Assembly: GCA_011390675.1 (NCBI GenBank)
Contig: JAABRX010000001.1
Location: 5,368-69,367 of the forward strand
Source: Trueperaceae bacterium
GTDB lineage: Bacteria; Deinococcota; Deinococci; Deinococcales; Trueperaceae
Direction of reading: 5' to 3'
DNA: 64,000 nucleotides
A program made the position numbers and the translations under genes. Below the pieces are notes generated by a model that made no database searches, was not told the DNA's origin, and saw only the letters and a list, made by a program, of their open reading frames with translations. This document shows positions 1 to 7,178 of this stretch, one piece after another (the stretch's first letter is position 1; every line of letters begins with the position of its first letter).

Positions 1-223
1 CATGGCCTCAGCTCCTGCGTCCGCTCGGCCGATCCGGTCGAGGCATCACGATGGCGGCATCATAACCAGGGCTCTGGAGACGCAGGCCCCGCCCAAAGCC
101 GCCCATCGCGCGGCACGAACCTCTTCGGCGGTCGCGAGGCTACGCGCAAGGTCCCGTGGGCGACGGAGCTAGCGAGAAGCCAGCGAACGGAGTCGACGAC
201 GGGGACGGGCTCGGGGACCATCG

Positions 224-239
224 GCCATAACGTTATGGC
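224..239. repeat. 16-bp perfect palindrome GCCATAACGTTATGGC in non-coding DNA upstream of the origin repeats
   Basis: Read directly. Positions 224-239 are self-complementary, with an AT-rich core in GC-rich surroundings. Confidence 0.6.
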
Positions 240-529
240 GTTCGAAGCGCACCACTCGTGCCGAGTACCGCGGGCTCCCCGTTTCGTCCCCGCACTCCGC
301 CGCAGGGGTCGACCTGGTCCCCCATCCTTCCCACGTTCGGCACCCGCACCTCGGCGAACCGGCACGCATCGAACAGCGACGGTCACGGAACGCCAGCGAT
401 CGCGCGATCTGGAGCACTCGCCCGCGCATCGAGGCTTGCGGCTAGCGTCCGGTCGCAGCGCATCGCGGTCACGCACCCCACGCACCACGCGCGAGACCAG
501 CGATCGCGTGCTCGCGCACGCACCGAACT

Positions 530-902
530 GGGGAACGCGGGGGACTCGTGGGTCTCATCGGTGCTTAGCGCGCGCGATGCGGGCCGTACCGATCGTACTT
601 CGAACCCAAGACCGGGGAATTCGCGGGACCGTGCCCGCGGCACGGGGAAGGCGGGGTACCGCTTGACCGGGGAATTCGCGGGACCGTGGCGTTGTCGCCC
701 GTCGGTCCCACGCCTTTCCCGGTTCGCTCGACCAACGGGTACCCAGCGGGACTCGCGCCGTTGGGTGTCGAGCGCTACCCGCGGTCGCCAGCCCGGGTGC
801 GCGGGTCCTCGGATCTCGGATCGCGCTGGAGGCTCCGAACGGGGAACGAGAGGGACTCGAGCCGGATCGCAGGTCCAGCGGGGAATCCATGGGGGTATCG
901 TG
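530..902 (+). repeat. Dispersed family of degenerate ~20-bp direct repeats (GGGGAA, 4-7 nt, GGG(A/T)(C/A)(C/T)CG), including two identical 24-mers
   Basis: Copies read at 530-550, 614-633, 644-660, 669-688, 841-861 and 880-902, plus 1182-1200. GACCGGGGAATTCGCGGGACCGTG occurs identically at 610-633 and 665-688 (55 bp apart). An inverted GGGACCGA core lies at 702-709. Confidence 0.7.
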
Positions 903-974
903 CGCCCGGGAGCTCGGTGGGTGGTCTTCGGGTTCGACCGTGGACGCTTCCGCCGCACACCATGAGCGCCGGAG

Positions 975-1030
975 GCGCGTTCGTGTTGCTTGTACGTTTA
1001 AGGTCTTCCATTACCATTCCCTTTAGGGGG
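975..1030. other. AT-rich island, candidate DNA unwinding element of the origin
   Basis: Hand count gives about 57% A+T over 981-1027 (tcgtgttgcttgtacgtttaaggtcttccattaccattccctttagg), against roughly 30% elsewhere. It lies directly left of the iterons. Confidence 0.55.
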
Positions 1031-1081
1031 GCCCTTCGAGGTCGTGCTGGACGCGCGTGCGACGGCGAACCGGGGAGGCCC

Positions 1082-1190
1082 GGGGACCGAGGCGGGAGCG
1101 GACGGGGACCGAGGCGGGAGAGCAGCGGGACCGATGTGGGGAGGCTGCGGGACCGAGTGGGGAGCGGGGGGGACCGAAATGGGGGAAACG
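1082..1190 (+). repeat. Five tandem ~22-bp iterons with a conserved GGGACCGA core
   Basis: Core GGACCGA starts at 1084, 1106, 1128, 1150 and 1171 (spacing 22, 22, 22, 21 bp). The first two units are identical over GGGGACCGAGGCGGGAG. The array lies ~100 bp upstream of the rep start. Confidence 0.8.
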
Positions 1191-1231
1191 GGGTACTCGC
1201 CGTTCGAGGTTCGTCGCCCATGTGGTGAACA

Positions 1232-1261
1232 TTGACACACGCTTTCCCGCATCCGTATGCT
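1232..1261 (+). promoter_or_regulatory. Sigma70-like promoter of rep (TTGACA, 18 nt, TATGCT)
   Basis: TTGACA at 1232-1237 and TATGCT at 1256-1261. These are followed by the SD GGGAGGAG (1274-1281) and ATG at 1286. Confidence 0.5.
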
Positions 1262-1285
1262 CCGATCGGACGCGGGAGGAGAGCG

Positions 1286-2920
1286 ATGGACGTTCCCACT
1301 TCGAGGCGCCGGGCTGCCGGTGCACCGGCCACGGAGGCCACGGCGGTCGACGCCGCGGTCGGCGACGGCGCTGACGGCAACGGGAGCGGGGTCGACGGCG
1401 GTGGCGACGGTCGGGCCCGCACCAACCCTGCCGCGCCCAGGGCCTCGGGGAGCGCACGGTCGGGCACCCGCGGAGCACGCCCTGCCAAGAGCGCGGCCAA
1501 GAACGCCGCCAAGGGTACGGCGCGTGCCGGTGCCAAGCGCGCGATCGAGCGTCGGAGCGGCGGCCGCGTGTCGGTCACGCAGGCGAACCCGCTGGCGCTG
1601 TCGCGGCAGGAGATGGGGCTCCTGACCAAGCGGCTGCTCGTGCTCGCGCTTTCCGACATCACCCGCGACGACCACGATCTGGAGCCCATCCGGATCACGG
1701 CGTGGGAGTACGCCCAGATCTTCAACATCCGGGGCAAGAGCATCTACAACCGCATCGAGGACAGCGCCCGCGAGCTCCTCGAGCAGACCGTCCAGATCAA
1801 GGAACCCAACGGCGACTGGATCATGTTCCAGTGGGTCTCCGAGGCGCGGTACGACAGCGGTCGCGACAGCAAGGACAAGCTCGCCTGCATCGAGCTCAAG
1901 ATCCACGACAAGCTCAAGCCCTACCTGCTGCAGCTGCGGCGCGACTTCAGCATCATCCCGACGGACCAGCTGCTCAGCTTCGAGTCGTTCAACAGCATGC
2001 GGCTGTTCGAGGTCCTCTACACCGCCAGCTACGGCGGCGAGAAGCGCCACCTCGATTTCGACGTCGACGACCTGAAGCTGCGTCTGGGCCTCGACGGCAA
2101 GTACGAGCGCTTCAAGGACTTCACCTACGTCCTCGACAAGGCTCAGGGCGAGTTCGCCAAGTACACGTCGCTGACGTTCACGTACGAGGGGCGCAAGGTC
2201 GGTCGGAAGTACCAGAACGTCGCGATCGTCATCGAGAAGAACGACGTCTTCCAGCCGCGCGTGCGGCTTCCGGACAGCATCGCCCGGCGGGTGCAGCGCG
2301 AGGGGGACACCGAGGCCCAGCTCCGGGCGCTGCAGGCCGCCGACGCGCTGCGCGACGTCGGCTGGGCGCTCGAGCCCGATCGGAGCGTCGCGCAGCACGG
2401 CGCCCAGCGGGTCATCGACGTCGTGCGCTACGCCCGCTCGCTGCAGCGCAAGTCCGAGCAGACCGGAAGGCCCATCGCGAACCTCGCCGGCTTCGTGCAC
2501 AGCTTGCTGCAACAGGGGATCGAACCGCCGCCCGCTGAGCCGGAGGTCGTCGACGCGCGACTGACGCGCGACGCCGTCCGCGGCATCGTGTCGGGCATCG
2601 TCGACGCCTTCGACCAGCAGCGCCGCGAGCGCGCCAAGGCCGCTTGGGAGGCCCTGAGCGACGACCAGCGCGACCTGGTCCACACGCTCATGCAAGCGAC
2701 CGGCCACCGCTTCACGCTCGAGCGCATCGAGGCCGCGGGGTGGGCGGGGCCGCTGTACGAGGCGAACCGCATCGACGTCTTGCTCAGCCACGGCTTCCTG
2801 ACGCTGCCGCCCTACCTCAGCGACGTGGTCGCCTACGCCGACCACGGCGACCTGCTCGAGGAGTACCCGGCCGAGGACCGCCAACGGTTGCTGAGCGAAC
2901 TCCGCGAGGCAGGTGCCTGA
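1286..2920 (+). CDS. Replication initiator, Rep_3/RepB-like, with a low-complexity N-terminal tail and a long C-terminal extension
   Basis: Track ORF 1232..2920; its TTG start is the -35 hexamer, so ATG 1286 with a strong SD is preferred. The core (LSRQEMGLLTKRLLVLALS, ITAWEYAQIF, SMRLFEVLY, DDLKLRLGL, YERFKDF, VAIVIEKN) follows the layout of Rep_3 winged-helix initiators. Confidence 0.8.
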   Translation: MDVPTSRRRAAGAPATEATAVDAAVGDGADGNGSGVDGGGDGRARTNPAAPRASGSARSGTRGARPAKSAAKNAAKGTARAGAKRAIERRSGGRVSVTQANPLALSRQEMGLLTKRLLVLALSDITRDDHDLEPIRITAWEYAQIFNIRGKSIYNRIEDSARELLEQTVQIKEPNGDWIMFQWVSEARYDSGRDSKDKLACIELKIHDKLKPYLLQLRRDFSIIPTDQLLSFESFNSMRLFEVLYTASYGGEKRHLDFDVDDLKLRLGLDGKYERFKDFTYVLDKAQGEFAKYTSLTFTYEGRKVGRKYQNVAIVIEKNDVFQPRVRLPDSIARRVQREGDTEAQLRALQAADALRDVGWALEPDRSVAQHGAQRVIDVVRYARSLQRKSEQTGRPIANLAGFVHSLLQQGIEPPPAEPEVVDARLTRDAVRGIVSGIVDAFDQQRRERAKAAWEALSDDQRDLVHTLMQATGHRFTLERIEAAGWAGPLYEANRIDVLLSHGFLTLPPYLSDVVAYADHGDLLEEYPAEDRQRLLSELREAGA

Positions 2921-2924
2921 CGCG

Positions 2925-3587
2925 ATGTGCGGGCGGTACACGCTCTACCACGACGAGGAGGACCTGAGCACCCTCTTCGAGCTCGACGCCTTCGCCGTGG
3001 CGCCCCGTTACAACGTGGCGCCCACTCAGACGGTGCCCATCGTCCGGGTGGGGGAGGGCGGTCGACGCGAGCGCGTCGACGCCCGCTGGGGTCTCGTACC
3101 GGGATGGGTGAAGGAGCCCCGAGCGTTCAAGGCGCTGCTCTTCAACGCCCGGTCCGAGACGGTCGCGGAGAAGCCGAGCTTCCGCGACGCCGCGCGGCGC
3201 ACCCGCTGCGCGGTCCCGGCGAGCGGCTTCTTCGAGTGGACCGTCGGCGACGGCGGTCGCAAACAGCCCTGGTACATCCACCGGCGCGACGGCGCGCCGA
3301 TGGTCTTCGCGGGCCTCTACGCCGAGCGCGGCGACGGCGGACCGAGCCTGAGCACGACGATCTTGACGACCGAACCCAACGCGACGCTGGCGGCGCTCCA
3401 CGACCGCATGCCCGTCGTCCTCGACCCCTCGGCGATCGCACGCTGGCTCGACCCCGACCAGCGCGATCCGCACGCCCTCGACGACCTGCTCGTGCCCTGT
3501 CCGGACGCCTGGCTGGAGGCGTACCCCGTCGGTCCGGAGGTCGGGAACGCGCGCGTGGACGAGCCGAGCTTGATCCAGCGGGCCTGA
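2925..3587 (+). CDS. SOS-response-associated peptidase (SRAP; YedK/HMCES-type abasic-site processing protein)
   Basis: MCGRY N-terminus (Cys2 nucleophile if the start is ATG 2925). Motifs: FNARSETV, PASGFFEW, HDRMPVVL. Confidence 0.85.
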   Translation: MCGRYTLYHDEEDLSTLFELDAFAVAPRYNVAPTQTVPIVRVGEGGRRERVDARWGLVPGWVKEPRAFKALLFNARSETVAEKPSFRDAARRTRCAVPASGFFEWTVGDGGRKQPWYIHRRDGAPMVFAGLYAERGDGGPSLSTTILTTEPNATLAALHDRMPVVLDPSAIARWLDPDQRDPHALDDLLVPCPDAWLEAYPVGPEVGNARVDEPSLIQRA

Positions 3588-3610
3588 GCACCCGCGCGAA
3601 GCCGCTTGCC

Positions 3611-4900
3611 TCAGTTCGCGCACGTCGACGGCGCGGGTGCGCCGTTCGTCAGCGCCCACATCCACTCGAGGGAGGCGTCGAAGCCCGCGGGACGGGTGTC
3701 GCGGTGCCGCGCGGTGGGCACGTTCAGGTAGGTCACGGGGCTCCCGGCAGCGCATAGGGCGGCTACGAAGCGCTCCTGGGTGCGATCGAGGACGATGACG
3801 TCCCGTCCGCCTTGCACCACGAGCGCAGGTAGGCCGTGGCCGCTGAGTCCGGTGGCGTTGGCGGCGAGCGCGCGCGCGAAGCCTGGCGCCACCGCGCCCG
3901 GATCGCCGGCCTGCAGCGCGCGATGGAAGGCGTCGGTGTACGTGCCCGCGCCGTCGTACGGGTAGACCTGCTGCGCGCGGTCGACGCAGAAGGCGCCCGC
4001 GTCCTGCTCGAGGGTGGGCACGAAGCGCGGCGCGAGGACCTGCGCCGGGTCGATGGCCTCGCCGTAGACCGACCGGTACGCCAGCAGCACGAACGGCGCG
4101 TAGTACGCCGCGGTGGCGAGCAGCGCCTCGACGTCCGTGGTCGCGGCGAAGCCCATCGCGCCGGCCACCTGCACGTCGGGCGCGTACGACCCGTGCTGGT
4201 CGGCGACCGCGAAGGCGGCGTGGCCCCCTTGCGAGTACCCGCCGAAGAAGGTCTCGGCCCGCAGCCCCCCCAGGGCGCCGGTGCGCGCGTACAGCTCGGT
4301 CATGGCGCGCGCGGCGTCGAGCAGCACGTGCGCCTCGCTGTCCGCGTGGAAGTAGGCCTGCGGTCGGTCGGGGTCCTCGAACCCGAGGTAGTCGGGGAAG
4401 ACGGTGGCGACGCCGCGACCGGCGTACGGGGCGAGCAACTCGCGGTAGTAGCCGAGCGGCGTCGCGCGCTCGTACTCGCGCGATGGGGCGCACGCGTCGG
4501 CGACGCCGGTGGTGCCGGAGCCGTACACCAGCAGCGGTGCCGCGCCGCGCGGCGGGTCCACCGGGGTGAAGGCGCGCGCGCGGACCACCGCCACCTCACC
4601 GTCGAAGCGGGTCGTGGTGAAGCGCAGGAGCCACAGATCGACCGCGTTCTCGACCAGCGGGGCACCGTACCCCCCGAAGGCGACGACGGCGCGCTGGTGC
4701 ACCTCCTGCGGCGTCCAGCGCTCGACGAACACGGCCTCGACGAGGCTCCCTGCCGGCAGGCCGGCGGCGTCGACGGTCGGCGGTGCGACGGGGAGGGGTG
4801 CCTGGGCGAAGGTGGTGGCCGCGAAGGCGGCGGCGACGCTCAGGGCGACGGCAAGCGGCGCGCGGCGGGCGGGGCGTTCGGATCGGGCGGGCTTCGTCAC
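3611..4900 (-). CDS. Secreted alpha/beta hydrolase (secretory-lipase-like), paralog 2
   Basis: C-terminal 429 aa of track ORF 3611..5782. GTG 4900 is preceded by GGAGG. Signal peptide ends AATTFAQAP. Nucleophile elbow is GYSQGG. GTGA overlap with the upstream gene. Confidence 0.75.
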   Translation of the reverse strand: MTKPARSERPARRAPLAVALSVAAAFAATTFAQAPLPVAPPTVDAAGLPAGSLVEAVFVERWTPQEVHQRAVVAFGGYGAPLVENAVDLWLLRFTTTRFDGEVAVVRARAFTPVDPPRGAAPLLVYGSGTTGVADACAPSREYERATPLGYYRELLAPYAGRGVATVFPDYLGFEDPDRPQAYFHADSEAHVLLDAARAMTELYARTGALGGLRAETFFGGYSQGGHAAFAVADQHGSYAPDVQVAGAMGFAATTDVEALLATAAYYAPFVLLAYRSVYGEAIDPAQVLAPRFVPTLEQDAGAFCVDRAQQVYPYDGAGTYTDAFHRALQAGDPGAVAPGFARALAANATGLSGHGLPALVVQGGRDVIVLDRTQERFVAALCAAGSPVTYLNVPTARHRDTRPAGFDASLEWMWALTNGAPAPSTCAN

Positions 4901-6108
4901 GGTGCGACCTCCGGGCAGTCGTCGGCGGGGGGCTGGTCCGCGGCGAGGGCGCGCATCCAGGCGAGCGCGTCGCGGAACCCGATGTAGCGGGTCTCGTGGC
5001 GGGTGCGGAGGTAGTTGGCGTAGCGGACCGGGCTGCCGAGCTCGCACAGACGCTCGACCAGCACGTCCTGAGCGGCGAGCGGCGCCACCGGGTCGTCGAC
5101 CCCCTGGAAGATCGCCACCGGGAGGCCGTGCGGGCGGACGCCGGTGTCGTTCGCGTCGAACAGCGCCCGCCACTCCGGGAAGTCCTCGGCGAGCGTGCCC
5201 CCGAAGAGCGCGGCGTGGAACTCCGGGGTGTACAGGAACGCCGGATCGGCCGGGTAGTGCGCCTGCGCCCCCAGGATGCACAACCGGCGCGCGTCGGCGT
5301 CGAGCGCATCGGCGTAGGCGTCCACGAGGACGTCGTCGCGATCGATCTGGCCCGGGTACGCCGTTTCGAAGGCGCGCACCGCCCACGGGGCGGTGTAGTG
5401 GAACGAGCGGAAGAGCGTGTCGAGGTCGCCGCTCGGCCCGAAGCCGATCGCGCCGGAGAGCGGCACCTCGCGGGCGTAGACCGCCGCTCGATCGGCGGCG
5501 GCGAGGGCGGCGTGGCCGCCCTGGGAGAAGCCGGCCACGAAGGCGTCGGCCACCTCCAGGTTCGGCGCCACGTCGGCGAGGGCATGGGTCGCGGCGCGTA
5601 GGGCGTCCAGGACGACCGTCGCCTCGGCCATCGCCACGAAGTAGGGCTGCACCGAGCCTGGCTCGGTGGCGCCTAGGTAGTCGGGGAGCACGGTGGCGAG
5701 TCCCTGTCCGGCGTACGCGAGCGCGGTCGCTCCGTAGGTCTCGACGCTGCCGCCGCGCAGCCGGACGTTCGTGGGGCTGCACGAGGGGTCGCTGCCGGTC
5801 GAGCCGGGGGCGAACGCGAGCAACGCGTCCTCGGTCGCGGCGCGCGGGACGAAGAGCTGCGCTTGCGCCAGCGCCTCGCCGCCATCGGTCCCGGTCGTCG
5901 CGTAGCGCAGCAGGTAGGTGTCGACGGCCGTGCTGGCCCGCGGCGGGGTCTCGCCGTCCCGGCGGAAGCGGCCGCCGACGGCGCCGTCCACCTGGGCGCC
6001 GGTGAGGGTGCCGAGCGGCTGCACCGACAGCAGCGTCCCCGGGGGGGTCTGCGCGGTCGCGAGGGCGACGAGGAGCACAGCGGCGAGGGCCGCGAGGCGG
6101 CGCCTCAC
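4897..6108 (-). CDS. Secreted alpha/beta hydrolase (secretory-lipase-like), paralog 1
   Basis: 403-aa ORF. Signal peptide is MRRRLAALAAVLLVALATAQT. Nucleophile elbow is GFSQGG. Collinear similarity to 3611..4900 (PDYLG, SQGGHAA). GTGA overlap with the AlgJ-like gene. Confidence 0.75.
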   Translation of the reverse strand: MRRRLAALAAVLLVALATAQTPPGTLLSVQPLGTLTGAQVDGAVGGRFRRDGETPPRASTAVDTYLLRYATTGTDGGEALAQAQLFVPRAATEDALLAFAPGSTGSDPSCSPTNVRLRGGSVETYGATALAYAGQGLATVLPDYLGATEPGSVQPYFVAMAEATVVLDALRAATHALADVAPNLEVADAFVAGFSQGGHAALAAADRAAVYAREVPLSGAIGFGPSGDLDTLFRSFHYTAPWAVRAFETAYPGQIDRDDVLVDAYADALDADARRLCILGAQAHYPADPAFLYTPEFHAALFGGTLAEDFPEWRALFDANDTGVRPHGLPVAIFQGVDDPVAPLAAQDVLVERLCELGSPVRYANYLRTRHETRYIGFRDALAWMRALAADQPPADDCPEVAP

Positions 6109-7178
6109 GGCGTCGGCTCCGCGGTGAGGAACGCGTCGTCGGTCAAGTAGCGCACGGGGACCTCCCAGACGACGGCGCGCGGACGGGCGGAGGCCCAGGC
6201 GTCGCCGTCGAGGTAGTCGAGCAGGGGACGGAGCGGACCGACGCCGGCGCGCGCGGCGTCGAGCACGTCGCGCCCGAGGGCGGTCCGCAAGCGGTCGGCG
6301 AGGTTCCAGCGCGGGTCGGCGGCGTAGCTCGTGCCGACGACCGCCACCGGCAGGTCGACCGCGGCGAACAGGTCGTTCGAGGGCTGGGCGCGGGAGCGCG
6401 CCTCGCTCAGCTCGATCACGTCGGGGTCGGGGGCGAGCGCGTCCTCCAGCGGGCCGAGGTCGAGCAGCCGCACCAGGTCGCCCTCGATCGCCTCGACGCC
6501 GACGAAGTCGCGCTCGAACGCGTCGGCGCCGCCCAGGCCGGGGTCGGCCTCGAGCAACGCGGCAGCGATGGCGTCGGCCGCCGCCTGCGCGCCGGCCGGG
6601 GTCCAGTGCGTGTCGGTGCGGAGCCAGGCGTCCTCACGCAGCGTTGCCAAGGCCGGCCGCAGGTCGACCGCTTGGACGCCCAGGGCGGCGAGGTCGGCCA
6701 AGGTGGCGTCGTAGCGCGCGCGCGCCACCTCGGGGAGCGGCGGTTGATCGGCGTCGACCAGGACGGCCTTGGCCGGCACCAGCGCCACGACGAGCACGAC
6801 CCCCTCGGCCTCGACCCGGGCCGCCGCCGCGTCGATCCGCGCCACCCACGCGTCCCGGTGCCGCTCGGCCGCGGCGGTGGCGGCGTACTCCTCGTCGGTG
6901 AACAGCCAGCCGTCGGCGCCCACCACGACCCCGTCGGGCGCCTGACCGAACACCAGCAGGTCGAGCGCGTTCCAACCGGCGACCGCCCACGGCCGCAGCG
7001 GCGACGCCTCGTCGAGCGATGCTTGGTACGCCGCGGCCCAAGCGCCGGTGCGCACGGGTAGCTCGGGCGCGCGGCGCAGCGCCGGGTTCGCCAGCGTGGC
7101 GGCGAAGCCGAGCGCCAGCACCGCGAGCAGCGCCACGGTGGCGAGCCGCGAGGGGGGGCGCGGGTCGTCGCTGGGCAT
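6105..7178 (-). CDS. AlgJ/AlgX-like SGNH-type polysaccharide O-acetyltransferase
   Basis: C-terminal 357 aa of track ORF 6105..9338. N-terminal membrane anchor. LRTDTHWT motif typical of the AlgJ/AlgX N-domain. Its start overlaps the MBOAT stop (TGATG). Confidence 0.7.
   Translation of the reverse strand: MPSDDPRPPSRLATVALLAVLALGFAATLANPALRRAPELPVRTGAWAAAYQASLDEASPLRPWAVAGWNALDLLVFGQAPDGVVVGADGWLFTDEEYAATAAAERHRDAWVARIDAAAARVEAEGVVLVVALVPAKAVLVDADQPPLPEVARARYDATLADLAALGVQAVDLRPALATLREDAWLRTDTHWTPAGAQAAADAIAAALLEADPGLGGADAFERDFVGVEAIEGDLVRLLDLGPLEDALAPDPDVIELSEARSRAQPSNDLFAAVDLPVAVVGTSYAADPRWNLADRLRTALGRDVLDAARAGVGPLRPLLDYLDGDAWASARPRAVVWEVPVRYLTDDAFLTAEPTP

Noticed and set aside
224-239. Whether the palindrome is a Deinococcus RDRM (radiation/desiccation response motif).
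   Set aside because: As I recall it, RDRM has TTAYG..CRTAA half-sites facing outward with a spacer of about 5 nt. Here the halves are in the opposite order with a 2-nt centre, and no repair gene lies downstream.
590-612. A TTCGAACCC string resembling a tRNA T-loop.
   Set aside because: There is no complementary T-stem, acceptor stem or anticodon arm on either strand.
1082-1190. The regularly spaced repeats as a mini CRISPR array.
   Set aside because: The period is 22 bp with essentially no spacers, there are no cas genes, and the position directly upstream of a rep gene fits iterons.
1221-1229. DnaA-box-like TGTGGTGAA between the iterons and the rep promoter.
   Set aside because: It matches the reverse complement of TTATCCACA at only 7 of 9 positions and is a single copy, which is too weak to call.
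1-1231. Track ORFs covering the first 1.2 kb (60..488, 258..965, 383..958, 686..1228 and others) as possible partition or regulatory genes.
   Set aside because: All the translations are low complexity with no recognisable ParA/ParB or HTH motifs. The region is better explained by the repeat arrays. I cannot exclude a small real gene without codon-bias statistics.
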